Assembly (NCBI GenBank): GCA_951406725.2
Contig: OX597814.1
Location: 163,866,001 to 163,930,000 of the forward strand
Direction of reading: 5' to 3'
Origin: Octopus vulgaris
Lineage: Eukaryota
Length of the DNA stretch: 64,000 bases
Below the pieces are notes generated by a model. That model was not told where the DNA came from and ran no database searches. It saw nothing but the letters and a program-made list of their open reading frames with translations. The position numbers and the translations under genes were made by a program. Shown piece by piece: positions 1 to 13,130 of the stretch. Every line of letters begins with the position of its first letter. Position 1 is the stretch's first letter.

Positions 1-794
1 AAAGATGGCCTTCAAGGTATATCTCATCTGAGATAATAATCTAACTTCTTCACTGAATTGCATTTGTTTGTAGACAACTATGCTATGTTTTCGTAAAGTC
101 TACTGAGCAAATGTTGAATAAACAATAAACTTTCTCTTCCAAAACAGCTGCAATCTGTTGCATCCCCTTACTTTAATTTATACAACCTCTTTAACGATAT
201 ATTTACAGAAAGTTCCACAGTAAAGTGTTAAGGTAGGTGAGGTGGTAAATTGTGCCTTCTAAATAAGAGAAAGAAAGACATGTGTTAGACATGGGTACAA
301 GAGGTTGCTAACGAAATTTTTTGGCTTCTCAATTTGTATATTACAGTACATCAATATGTGAATGCACCTAAAACAGTTTTATTTTAACATTTTACTTGAC
401 TCATAAGAATTAAACATAGCCATTCCATGAGCCACTCAGTCAGGCGTTTAATTTCAATCAATGCTGCTACTTTGTTTCCCTAATAAAGACATTAAACAAT
501 TATGATAGCAACCAATCACATAATTGTTATACATAAAACTAAGTTGACTGGGTGCAGCACTAAAATCTGATAACTGAATATACAATTTGATTTTGCGTTT
601 CTGTTTGGAAGTGTTTCACATCTTGTTCGTTAACTGTCTCGAAATTAAAAGGAATATATCACTGCTCGATTCTATTTCGATACCACCTAAGAAACTTTTA
701 TACTCAATGTAATGAATTCCAATTGTTTCAGTTTTACTACTAATAATATTGAGAAATCTATAAATGACACTACATTTCCTTATCTAGAGGAGCT

Positions 795-1010
795 AAGGCG
801 GCCACCAAGTTGAATCGCTAGAGCATTGGTGAAATTTCTTGCAGAATTTCTTTTGTATCTTAACGTTCTGATTTCAAATCCCGCCGAGACCAACTTTGCC
901 TTTCATCCTTTCGCTGTCGATAAAATATAGTCCCACTCAAATACTTGGGTCGAAGATATCGATTAATCCTTTCCCAGAATAATGTTGGCCTTGTGTCTAA
1001 ATAGAAACAA
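795..1010 (+). mobile_element. Diverged copy of SINE family A (tRNA-type head, GCCTTTCATCCTTTCGGGGTCGATAAA core)
   Basis: Matches the copies at 2128-2599: gttctgatttcaaatcccgccgag...tttgcctttcatcctttcg. Confidence 0.75.
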
Positions 1011-1363
1011 TTACCTAGAGGAAGCCTATATACGGCACAAAAAATAACACTTACAAAACTTACCCAAATGTAATACCACATTTATCCTTTCAACCACTGA
1101 TTTCAAATTACGCTTATACGATCATACCGCACCGCCTCAAAACATACGCACAGCATCTGCTAACATCACGCTCATAACGTCCCACTATTTTTCAGACACA
1201 GCTGGACAGCAAACTTATCACTACATAAGTCACCGAGAAATATAGTTCTAAAATGAATAGACAATTAGGAAATCTACTGCCTCCTTTCATACTAGCAACA
1301 CCAGTGAACACCATATACAACTAGCCATCACATTCAGAAATATAAACAAAGCGTGCGCGCACG

Positions 1364-1483
<120 letters not shown>

Positions 1484-2127
1484 TACAGAGCAAGTATACC
1501 AGAGTTATAACACTTCTGCAACATTCACAGGACACATAAAAGATCGTAAAGAATATAAAATGATACAAGCATACATAGAGCAATGAAAGGTCCCAAATTT
1601 GACCAACAGAAAGTTACAATAACAACGGTGTACAAACAATATATTAGAACCATCAAGGATATGTCATCCCTGCTTGGGCTCACAATCTGTCCACACACAA
1701 AAAAAATACAATATACTACAAAGAACACAAAACAGCGTATTACCTTTTGTCAAGATTACACATATAAACTGCTAACATAATGAAATAAGCATACAAAATT
1801 GTAGAACACTTTCACACGCGCGAGGCACAGTTTATTTACACAGCAAGCTTTAACCTTCATACTCCAGGCAATCCAAATATTAACACATGATCACTAAACG
1901 TCCACTGAAAGAATTTCGCCCGCTCAGCCCTGAGAAACAAAAACATATTCACACAGAAATAGCAACTATATCAATGTCCTCATTAGTCCCAAAACACTGC
2001 GCTGGGGTACATATCACCAATGTTTGTTACAAAGTTACCGTATTTGTTTTGTCCTGGCCAAATCCACCTTGTCCGCCTCAGCTGAGAGCATTATTGAATC
2101 TATAGGCTAACAGAAATAGACAGTATA

Positions 2128-2355
2128 GGCGAGCTGGCAGAAACGTTAGCACGCCGGGCGAAATGCTTTGTGGTATTTCGTCCGCCGTTCCGTTCTGAGT
2201 TCAAATTCCGCCGAGGTCGACCTTACCTTTCATCCTTTCGGGGTCGATAAATTAAGTACCAGTTGCGCACTGTAGTAGATGTAATCGACTTAATCCGTTT
2301 GTCTGTCCTTGTTTGTCCCCTCTATGTTTAGCCCCTTGTGGGCAATAAAGAAATA
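2128..2355 (+). mobile_element. SINE family A, young full-length copy
   Basis: GGCGAGCTGGCAGAAACGTTAGC (A box), GAGTTCAAATTCC (B box), core, and AATAAAGAAATA tail; flanked by a ~17-bp TSD. Confidence 0.92.
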
Positions 2356-2371
2356 AAAAATAGACAGGATA

Positions 2372-2599
2372 GGCGAGCTGGCAGAAACGTTAGCACGCCG
2401 GGTGAAATGCGTAGCCGTATTTCGTCTGCCGTTACGTTCTGAGTTCAAATTCCGCCGAGGTCGACTTTACCTTTCATCCTTTCGGGGTCGATACATTAAG
2501 TACCAGTTGCGCACTGGGGTCGATGTAACCGACTTAATTCCTTTGTCTGTCCTTGTTTGTCCCCTCTATGTTTATCCCCTTGTGGGCAATGAAGAAATA
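2372..2599 (+). mobile_element. SINE family A, second tandem copy
   Basis: Near-identical to 2128-2355 and separated from it by a copy of the TSD. Confidence 0.92.
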
Positions 2600-3901
2600 A
2601 GAAATAGACAGAATAGTGGAGAGAGTACAATATATAAAGGCTGCAACACCGCATCTAATAGTATAATTCATGGCATATAGGGGAGTACAGTAACGTATAA
2701 CTGGAACAAAAGATAAGTGGCCTAGTCGTTCGATTAATAATATGCGTGCTATCGGTGACTCACGGCTATATAACAATAACAATTTAAAAAGCTCTACGCA
2801 GTCTCTCGGTCAGCTAGAAATAGCTGCCGAATTTCCCTCAAAGGATGGACAAATTGGACAATAAAGTGATAGGTATATAAAAACATTAGATTGGCATTAC
2901 GTAAAGTCATTTCATTGTACTCTTGCTCAATTGGGACAGATCTGGAGGTTTAGCAACGACAACGATATATAGAATGCAACTTCTAAAACATCTCAAACGA
3001 GATACAGTAAAACACCAACTGGTGTTGGTTTTGCTTTATTGTCGTTGTCGTCGTCGTCGTCGGTGGTGGTGGTGTGTGTGTGTGGGGGGGGGGCTGGTCC
3101 AGTGTGTTTTTCTTTTCTAAGACAGTAAGGCATGATATGTAGGAATTCGTCTGCTATTTCTAACAAATTAAGCAAGCTTGTATATAAGTATATATATATA
3201 TATATATATTTGTATTGTAATCAGTGAAAAAGACGAGCACAGAATCACAGGAAATAAGATAACCGAAATTGGTATCCGTGAACTAAGTTTTTTATTCTTG
3301 CTTTTAGCCATTAACGTCTGGAATTTCAACAACTGTAATTTCTAATTCTATTAAAATCTTATCTAAATGTTTATTTATTGAAGCCAACGTTGAACTATTC
3401 CAGGAACTCAATGATATTTATATCTAGAAACCAGTGTTTTGTTCCTATTTAAGTCCATGTTAGCTCTAAGTAGAGCTACAGTCAGAGATATACCAATCAT
3501 AGCTATCCTGTCTTTTCTTTTCATATGGTATAACTAAGATTACAATGTCCAATGTAGCATGGTTTTTAAGATGGTTGGGGGTGATTCGAGGGAACATTTT
3601 GTCTACCATTCCCAGCAGATTTATCAATCGAGTTAAAGGGATGATGGAATGGAAAGGGTGTTAAATAGGAATGGGAATCCTTTTAGAAACAGGAGCGAAT
3701 CACAAGTGCATAAGAACTGGATGCAGCGTACTCAAAAACTAACGAATCTTCTAATTTACAAATTCAAAAGCTATGCAACATGCGGGGCCTACAAAATTGT
3801 TTTTATCCATTCAATGACTTTTGCATCTAATACTTCTAATTAAATATAATTTTCCCTTCTTCGCAGGTATATATATGAATTTAATATCAATTGAAATGTG
3901 G

Positions 3902-4310
3902 AAGGCGGTAAGCTGGCAGAAGTGTTAGTACGCCGGGCAAAATGTTTAGCGGCATTTTATCCGTCCTTACGTTATGAGTTCAAATTGTACCAAGGTCGAC
4001 TTTGCCCTTCATCTTTTCGATAAATTAAGTACCAGTTAAACACTAGGGTCGGTGTAATCGACTTAACCCTTCTCTCAATTATTGGCCTTATGCCAAAATG
4101 TGAAACCAATATTAATTTCAATGAAGGCTGCGAGCAAGCAGAACCGTTAGCACGCCAGAAAAATTTCTTAGTGGCATTTAGTCCGTCTTTGCGTTCTGAG
4201 TCCAAATTTCATCGAAATCGACTTTACCTTTCACCCTTTCGAGGTTGATAAAATAAGTAACAGTTGAATACTGGATCAATGTAATCGACTTACCCTCTAT
4301 CTTGACACCA
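3902..4310 (+). mobile_element. Two consecutive diverged SINE family A copies (~3902-4110, ~4125-4310)
   Basis: Two heads (aaggcggtaagctggcagaa; aaggctgcgagcaagcagaa), each followed by the core. Confidence 0.8.
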
Positions 4311-4339
4311 TTATTGATTGAATTTAATAAAATACAGCA

Positions 4340-5310
4340 ATGAAAAATTGTAGAAATAAAGATATTGCTGAATCGGCACACAAGCAAGTCATCAATTGCT
4401 ATCAATATGGGAAGTTTAATCGACAAATTGCTCAAACTTTTCTGTATTAATAATGAAAGTGTTAGCCAAATTCAATAGATGAACTGAAGAAGGGTATTAC
4501 TAAGTGAAGAAGGGATCTGGGAGGCCACAAATAGTTGGGGAAAGAGTGTTAAGAAGGAAGTTATAAAACAACGACTTGCAACTGTTCGCGAGGTTGAAAA
4601 TTCTATGGATGAGTAGCAATATTGTATATGAACAGTATTGAAAGGCCTTGGATATGAACGAAGAGTTGCGAGAATGAATTCAAAAGCTACTTAAACTAAA
4701 AGGCGCAACTTGTGTTCTAAAGTGTTCTACAGTAAGGAGAATGAGTTTTGGTCGCCAATAATATGATCTGACTAAAACAAATCCCGCCAAATTTTCCACT
4801 TTAAGGCGAATAGATGTGCGTCATAGCAAAACTGAAATATGAGAACGACATTGTTTATAAGGAAAAGTTAAACATGGAGGATTTAAATTTATGGTACGAG
4901 GGGAAACAATGACTAGAGCTCGTGATTTAAAAAAACAAAATACTACTAAATACTTGGAAAGAACACGTTACTCATCTAATCCAGTGTAGGAATTGATAAA
5001 AAAAAAACAATCTCTTTTCAATGAGATTAAGCTCCAAGCTATGCAAGCAAGGTATCACAAACCTAGAAAAGAATCCACAAATAGGAGCTTTGAGCAATCC
5101 CTGAAGTGGATTGCTCAAAGCCCCGATCTTAATCCTATAGAATAAATATGGAAACATCTTTATCGAAGGATGCAAGCAACATTGTCGAAAAATACATCCA
5201 CAGAGCTGGAAAAATATTGACTGAAGATTGAAGAAACGTGGTTTAATATGTTACTAATAATATAATTAAACCCATGCCTAATCGAGTGCAAGCCGTGATA
5301 TTAGTACCAA
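4340..5310 (+). mobile_element. Tc1-family (DD34E) transposase relic
   Basis: Broken frames give GSGRP, FWSPII*SD, KVKHGG.KFMV, LKWIAQSPDLNPIE*IWKH and PMPNRVQAVI. Confidence 0.8.
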
Positions 5311-5509
5311 CTTTAATTTATTTTGAATAACTTTTCATGAAGATGTTTAACGTTAGATTAACGTTGCATTTCATTACAGGCCATTGTATGTGAAGTTACT
5401 TCAGTTACTTGGGTCAAAAAACTTAAATTGTTTTTAGATTTTAGAGATTTATCAGGAGTCAATTATCGAATTTGAAGGCGGGCGAAATTTTGTCAGCATG
5501 CAAGGCGCT

Positions 5510-5908
5510 CTTTTACTCTTTTGTTCTTTTACTTGTTTCAGTCATTTGACTGTAACTATGCTGGAGTACTTCCTTTAGTCGAGAAAATCGAACCCAGGAC
5601 TTATTCTTTGTAAGCCTAGTACTAATTCTATCAGTTTCTTTTGCCGAACCGCTAAGTTATGGGGACTTAAACACACTAGAACCGGTTGTCAAGCGATGTT
5701 GGGTGACAAACACAGACACACAAACATACATACATACATGTATACGACGGGCCCCTTTCAGTTTCCGTCTACGAAATCCACTCACAAGGCTTTGGTCGGT
5801 CCGAGGCTATAGTAGAAGACATTTGCCCAAGGTGCCACGCAGTAGGGCTGAACCCGGAACCATGTGGTTCGCAAGCAAGCTACTTACCACACAGCCACTC
5901 CTACGCCT
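5510..5908 (-). mobile_element. SINE family B (tRNA-derived, CORE-like CCTTGGGCAA box, internal TATG/TG microsatellite)
   Basis: The reverse complement begins AGGCGTAGGAGTGGCTGTGTGGTAAGTAGCTTGC...GGGTTCAG; same family as 38368-38790. Confidence 0.88.
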
Positions 5909-6587
5909 ATTTAATTACGAGCGTCGGTCATGACCTTTTGTAGGCACTTTGTGTCAAGCTTGGTACGCCAATATTCTCAGTTCAAATTTTTCTCTCCTAC
6001 CCAGTCCGGATGTTTACTTTTTGCCTTTCCTGTGTCGATAAAGTTCCAGTTTTCCTTTTTGTTGCTGTTTGGCTACAGGCCAGATGTAATAGAACAGATC
6101 TGTGATTAAAGTCATTCGAATCATGACCCACACTCGTGATTAAATACATTCGAGTCGTGACCAATACTCTTTATTCTGGTGTCTAGAATGATGAGTGTGA
6201 TTTACTTGCTATTTCTAGCACGTCGGTCAACATCTTAGAAGCTCCCTTGTTTACTCATGTAAGTGTATTTACTCCACATATGTCCACTTATACATACTAC
6301 TGTTTATATATTATTAAAAACAATGTAATTGTTTATATCTTGCTAAAAAAATTGTATCACTGACAGAAATAATCTAGTTTCTGTGTGAAGCTGGGAAACT
6401 GCTAGATGAGTAGGAGTGGTATATCAGAATGTAAATGAACACCAAATATGAAAGTTGAGTAAAAGAAAATAATAGACTCTGTTTACTTTTACAGAAACAA
6501 GTGACCTAAAATATATACAACAGCAGTTTTAAGCAATTGTACTCAAGCTATAGTAAATATGTACAGGAACTGAATTTAAAATTATAA

Positions 6588-7097
6588 ATAATAATAAATG
6601 CGCCCTTTTAAATCCTAGCCAGGCTCATGGGCCCGGTTCCCCGGTTTCTATGGCGTTTGCGTTCCCCAGCTAGACAGGACGCCTGTCCATCGCATCGTTA
6701 ATCATTTTTGCCAGCTGAGTGGACTGGGGCAACGGGAAATGAAGTGTTTTGCTCAAGAACACAACGCGTCGCCCGGTCCAGGAATCGAAACCACAATCAT
6801 GCGATCATGATGCTGACACCCTAACCACTAAGCCACGCGCCTCCACTAATGCGCCCTTTTAAAGCCTAGCCAGGCTCATGGGCCCGGTTTCCCGGTTTCA
6901 ATGGCGTATGCGTTCCCCAGCTGGACGGGACGCCAGTCCATCGCAGCGTTAATCATTTTTGCCAGCTGAGTGGACTGGAGCAACGTGAAATGAAGTGTTT
7001 TGCTCAAGAACACAACGCCTCGCCCGGTCCAGGAATCGAAACCACAATCATGCGATCATGATGCTGGCACCCTAACCACTAAGCTACGCGCCTCCAC
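6588..7097 (-). mobile_element. Head-to-tail dimer of SINE family C inside a single 15-bp TSD
   Basis: Two ~250-bp units (6588-6846, 6847-7097), each with head GTGGAGGCGCGT(G/A)GCTTAGTGGTTAGG...GTTTCGATTCC. TSD AATTTAAAATTATAA at 6573-6587 and 7098-7112. Confidence 0.9.
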
Positions 7098-8931
7098 AAT
7101 TTAAAATTATAAGGACCCCTATTTCTTTATAAGGGCATCAAACCAAATTGTTCTGGAGGTGAGAAGGGAGATTCGCCTCTTTTTATGGAGAAGTAGAGAT
7201 GTAAGGGAGGTAATTTGACTTCGTTGGGTGCGTTCCTTCTCCTTAGGAGACATTCGTCCAACAATTAGACATAAAATATAAGAACAACGTAATTCCCCTG
7301 TATATAACCGATGACAAAACCCTTTCTAAAAAGATCCTCTGCGTAGTTGCCTGGCTTTGTAGAAACAGCAGCCAAACCCCGCTCAAATCGCAACTTATCG
7401 TCTTAAATGAAAACATACATTTGATAATGCAGTCCTAGATATCTCTAAAATGACAAGCTGAAAAGGTTTTGATCACAGGAATGGCCTTTTCAAACTGGAA
7501 TGGTCTGAAATAAATGGCCTATTCAGTCAAATCGGACTTGGAGCTTAACAACAACAACGACAATACCTAATTACAGCACTGGTATTGCCTGAAAAATACT
7601 ATTTAAATATACTGAAAAAAATAAAAGGACTATGTTAAATAAAGTCACTACAAGATTTGAAGCTCAAAGCATGACACACAGACCTTGGCAACTATAAGCA
7701 ATCACAGACTAATGAGAAAACATTCTGCTTTGTTCGATCTACTAGAAGAAGTAACCAAATATCCCTCAAATCACTCTCTACTGGCTACGAATAAGAGGAA
7801 GGATGCATTAGAAAAGTAATATTTTCTGTCAAGTCTCGATGATGAGCATTTTTGTTGTTCGACTAACAGAATTCCTACTCAGTAAATTAGCATTTAAATG
7901 ACTGAGTATTCCACGAGCATTTATACGCTTAATGCAATTCTCTGATTGAATCAGAGTGACTCAATATAACAAGACTAAACATTTGAATTACAGGTAAAAT
8001 CCAAAGAGAATAAAAAAAGATTTGATATTCCTTCTTTCCTCACTACTGGATAGTACTTAATTTGTAGACCTCCGAAGAAAATAAAAGAAAATCTGAAACA
8101 CGCTAAAAGGTGAACTCAGAACGTAGAGAGCCGGAACGAATAACACTTGGCTTTCTGTCTGTTATATAAGACTCAGAAAAACTTTTAAGAGATTTATTAA
8201 GGTAAATTACATTGGTCTCAAAGCAAAAGGATTCGCGTCGTAGAGTTTATAGACAGTTTTGTGCTTGTTTACAGGTAATACCTTACTTCATGGTTGCCTA
8301 CAATCTCCCTTTCTCCCTCTGGATCTCCGCATGTAACCATGAGATTTACCCGAGAATTTGATATTCATTAGATAACATTAATAACGCATAGTTCAAATTT
8401 AACAAATGGTACAATATTAGACGATGAACGATTTTATGGTACAAATCGGTAACTTAATGCTGTTATCACACTATCCGACGTTCGAACGTCTCTATCGAGT
8501 CGCCGGCTCACACTTTTGGTAGGTAATGTTGTTTTAAATACACCTAAAATAGCATGATGGTTACAATTAGAACGCCTCTGATCATAGGTCAGCTCGCTCT
8601 GGATTGACCTGCAGCTTAACAACAACTATATAAAAGGAAGACAACAAAAGATATCTGACTGAAACCGAATTAGTCAGAACTCCTTGTCATATGACTGCTG
8701 TGTTAGTAAATTTAAAGGAAGCTTCTTCAAATACACGTATACTAGTAAACTATAATAAAATGAAGATATGGGATGCTGTGTTGTTCTTGTATCTCCCATG
8801 GATGTTAATGACACAAAAAATAATTCAATTCTGAATTGAAACCGTATCGTACTGATTCAAATGCTGAAAATTATCTGAAACGATTCTCTGCTTATTGCTT
8901 TAACTAAATTAACCACAAATCCAATAAAGAA

Positions 8932-9122
8932 TTCCCGCGTAGTTGCTCGGCGTTCTAGAAACAGCAGCCAAGTCTACCTCATATCGCAACCTACTGTCTT
9001 AAAGAAAGGATACATTGAACAGTATAGTGTCTTGCATACATAAAAGACGGGATGGTTACGGTTACAACGTCTTTAATCATAGGTATGTTTGATCAGAGTT
9101 GACCGGGGCTAAACAACAACAG
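8932..9122 (+). repeat. Old ~190-bp interspersed repeat with (CAA)n tail (family D; SINE or LINE 3' end)
   Basis: Motif (c)tagaaa(c/t)agcagccaaa...cctcaaatc...gctaaacaacaac recurs at ~2790-2960, 7335-7560, 7730-7820, 8500-8625 and 38130-38290 (+), and at ~3430-3630 and 6055-6250 (-). Confidence 0.65.
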
Positions 9123-10009
9123 GCCTCCACCCCAGCCAACTAGTTTATATAGGTATGTAATATGAATATTATACGAACTGGAATGCAGAATCGGTGGAGC
9201 ACCAAACAAAGATTTTGTGTCATTTGGTTATTTCTTTTATGTTCTGTGTTCAAATCTTACCCGAGTCCACTTTACCTTTCAAGCATATAAACTCAATAAA
9301 ATTAGATAAGTACTGTGTTGATACAACTGATTATACCTTAGAAGACGGTGCCCAGGTATGGCCACAGTCTAATGGCTGAAAGCAGTAAAGACAAAAGCGA
9401 AAGCAAAAATTAAAAGAAATATTGTAACGTTTGAGGAAAAGATGAGCAGCTGACGTAGTTTCAGCTAAGAATCGGGACGGGATCACGTACTCGACAACCT
9501 TTAACCTCGGAGTAGTAATTTATTTCCTCTAAGCACAATGGTTTCTTTTTTGTAAGAATTTTGTATATAATTTTATCTTCGACTCCAGAAAATTCTAATG
9601 TATGAAAGACAATCTACCAAGGTAAAAACTGAACACTGAAATGTGAGACACCAATTATAATATCATAAAATACCTAATCAAGTGTTTATCGTTTGTGCCA
9701 GATCAATGTTTCAAACGAATAATGAGTGTATCGATAAACCTATGAAATGGCCTTACACATTTAAGTGTATGAAGTGACTAAAGTTAACGACTTTGAATTT
9801 ATAAACGCTATACAAATACGGACAGCATACTATATTATTATTGTAGTATAAATAGATTCCATTAAAGCTTGGTTGATATTATATAGCCTAGATTAGTTAT
9901 ATAGTAACAATAAAACACTATTAATACAAGTTATTGAAACAGTAATAATACATAAAGTTTGGATCATAAAACAAAGAAAGATCAGTAAAAGTATTATACA
10001 AATTCTTAC

Positions 10010-10751
10010 CTGCATAGGAGTGCTGTGCAGCGTCCACTAAGTTACATGGAGTTGCATATTTTGGAAGTATCTTTTTGCCAGAACCATCCGTTAAATGAGA
10101 AATTGGTTTGGAAGGTCGTATTTGGAAATTCTTAGACACTTCATCCATATCAAGAACCACAGAAGAAAGTTTGTGATGCAGATTATTGTTAATACGTTCC
10201 TGGCGAAATACTTTCGTTTCTATGGAATGTAATGCTTTAATCAACTGGGTGAGATTCGTTTTTAAAGTGTTCAAACCAGAATCGATGTGATCGATTTCCA
10301 TATCATGTCCCTTTACGTTACTCTCGTACAAATTTGCACGTTCACGCTCCACTTTTTGCATTTCTTGAAGATATTGCAAGCGCTGGGTCAAGAACGCCAA
10401 ACGTCTTCTGCAAATACCGCCGCTTTTGTCATTTGGCGCAGAAGTCTCTGATGACATAGCATCAACATCGAAGAAATAATCCCCACTCTCCGGATTTATT
10501 CCTGGTTCGTTAAAAATTTCATCTTCATCATCTGTCCGTTTATCGGCAAAGGATTTGTTTACTTTTGTTTTGTTGCTGGGTGTCAAAATTGGACAAAGGG
10601 GTGTGATGCGACGGTTCACAACGATGGTGTATGAACAGGACTCTGTTCTAATAGTTGTTTGTTTTGTATAATTTTTAGCTTTTACTAAGCAGAGGCAGAA
10701 AACAAGAAGTGTAATTTGTAATTTCTGGTGAAATATATCTCCAAAAGTCAT
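10010..10751 (-). CDS. First coding exon of a secreted angiopoietin-like / fibrinogen-related (FReD) protein (signal peptide, Cys motif, coiled coil)
   Basis: Long non-repetitive ORF with ATG at 10751 (MTFGDIF...). It has a hydrophobic signal peptide (ITLLVFCLCLVKA), an ESCSYTIVV...LCP motif like the N-termini of angiopoietin/ANGPTL/myocilin, and a heptad-rich segment (LAFLTQRLQYLQ...LHHKLSSVVLDMDEVSK). A strong donor CAG|GTAAGA at 10010/10009 is phase 1 after ...HSYA, and the ORF tail beyond it is AT-rich intron. A polypyrimidine tract plus AG at ~10808-10833 suggests an upstream UTR exon. Confidence 0.8.
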
Positions 10752-12869
10752 ACTTCTCAAATGGAAGGAACTGGCAATAGATCAGGAATAAACCGCTTTG
10801 AATAAATCTTCGTGTGAAAAAAAAAAGAAAAAAGATTAATTTCAAGGATATTATGTGATGACTGAATTTGTAAATAAATATTTTTTTACTTGAAGGTCAA
10901 AAATAAACAGAGCCTTAGGTATGGAAATGTAGACACTGCAGAAAAATGAAAATCATGAAGGGTGGTGTAATAATCCAGCAATAACGTATGTTTTCAACAG
11001 TTGGTGCAAAACAAAATGTATAGAAAACCTCAAGCCAAAAAACGATGTCTAACAGATGTTAATTTTGTGAGAATGCTGCATCAGGTTTTCTGGTTCGTTT
11101 CATTAATTTTAAGTTAAGCTGTTTACTAGCGCCGACTAATATAAAGCTGTGTTGTTAGGCTAGCTTTTAGTCAGCTGGCCGCCCTTCAATTTAAATGGGA
11201 TACACCCACTGTCAAGGTGTTTTGTTTATGTTGAAAAGGTATATCAACTTAAATCTACAGATTATTTAATTTATTAAACATCATAATTGCTGAATTCCCT
11301 GCATTAGTATCATCATCTCCTCCCCCAGCTACTAAAAACAACATCATCAGCAGAGGTAGCTGCAGACACTGCAGTAGAAGCAGTTTCTATTTTGATTGTC
11401 AACGCAATTTTTTGTTATTACTTAAAACAGTTATTTTAGAGATGATATTATCGTTTTTCCTGTTATCGCCATCCTACTAAGATTACAGTCTCACTGTCAT
11501 CATCACCCTTACTATAATTCCCACTACCATTACTACGATTTCTAACCCCTATCACCTCTTCCACAATAATAACGAATACAGCATAATTTTACAACCTGCC
11601 AAGTCAAAATCCGGGGTATATAGTCTATTTAGATTGAAGCGCCTGTCATTTTATTTCGCGCCAAAATACAAGGAATGATATCGCTGTATCTTAAAAGAGA
11701 AGGGAGGAGGGCAAACTGTGTTGGTTGATATATATGGCGGGTAGTTTTCTCTTCGGCTCTCTCTGTTAGTAATTGCGCTATAATAGCAAGGAAATTGTAC
11801 ATTGCTATGTTATCAATAGCTGCGGCTCCTCTTTTAAAGATATTTGACTTCAACTACGTAAACCATGATTGTCACAACGTCTTATTTACCATCTTAAAAT
11901 ATCGGATGCCACGCCGAGGGACAAGCTTTAATACTTTAATGACGTATTGTTCTTAGCTCAAATGCCACTGGGAACAACTTTACTTTTTATCCCTTCAAGC
12001 TCTCAAACCGACGATGCTATTCTGTTACCCATGTAAAACCTTATGCCAGTGTGTTATATCTTCATTGGTGTTCATTTCTTTGTTCTTGTTTTTGTTAGGA
12101 TATTTGTTGTTAAGATTCTTTCCAGTATATTCATCAAAAGTAATTTTGATTAGTTTTACACTAAATAAAACTACGTTTATTTTGCTTTGATTTTATCTAC
12201 TAAAATTATTTGTGTCTTTCCCCTTATTTTCTGTTGCTATTTGCCCTGAAAGAAAAGCATAGGAGTCAAATAATGTTATTTCCTCTTCCTTAATAAAATT
12301 AAGTACTGGTTTCTGTGAAAAATTTATTCGGGAAGAGGCATATCTTTATTTTTTCATCCACCAAACATTATCAGACATGTAACTTAAACAGAATGGACAT
12401 CCACTGTATGTATGGCCATACACAAAATATAACTCAATTAAATTGGAATTTTCTTCTTACTAAGTGAGACATTTTTGTTAAGAACTTTTTACATCCATCA
12501 TTCTGTACAATGCTTCTTAGCTTATCTAAATTCAAGTCATTCGACCATTTTAATTATTCGCCACATTCATTTAATTCTTTTACTCTAAAACATGTACACA
12601 ACCTAATCGTTTTTCTAGTAATGTAGAGTTTAATAAACATGAGTGTTTTCTAACAGTGCACAGCAGTTGGCCTGGGGCTTTGGGAATTAAGTGCATTGGT
12701 GGTAAAAGTGCATAGGTCATAGATACAACACAACGCTGGTCACAGTATACGACCTGCTTACCCTCCTTTTCGAGGCGTTTCTTTCTTTCTTGTATATTGA
12801 CTTCGTCATCAGAAAGTGACAAAGAGAAACGCTTGTCAATTCTGTCTGTCCTGAAGAAGTGATTAATAT

Positions 12870-12959
12870 TTAGAAAAAGAAGGAAAAGAGAGGGATAGAG
12901 AGAGAAAGGAAATTTTTATATACATATATATGTATATATATATATAGAGAGAGAGGGAC

Positions 12960-13043
<84 letters not shown>

Positions 13044-13130
13044 GAAGAAAAAAATAAAGAGAGCGAAAGAAAGAATGAATGAGAGAATGAATGAAAGAAA
13101 GAAAGAAAGAAAGAAAGAAAGAAGAAAATG
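12870..13130 (+). repeat. Compound (TA)/(GA)/(GAAA)n microsatellite
   Basis: Seen directly. Confidence 0.95.

Noticed and set aside
2112-7112. Tandem repeat-spacer patterns as CRISPR-like arrays or tRNA genes
   Set aside because: The units are SINEs with TSDs. The heads have A/B boxes but no complete cloverleaf, and the context is eukaryotic with no cas genes.
9921-10009. C-terminal tail of the 279-aa ORF (GKNLYNTF...NNLY) and its TTG start at 10760
   Set aside because: The tail is read-through past a consensus GTAAGA donor, and the eukaryotic start is the ATG at 10751
12580-12822. ORF containing VVYCDQ (like FReD VYCDM)
   Set aside because: Lies upstream of the signal-peptide exon, and the surrounding residues do not fit the domain
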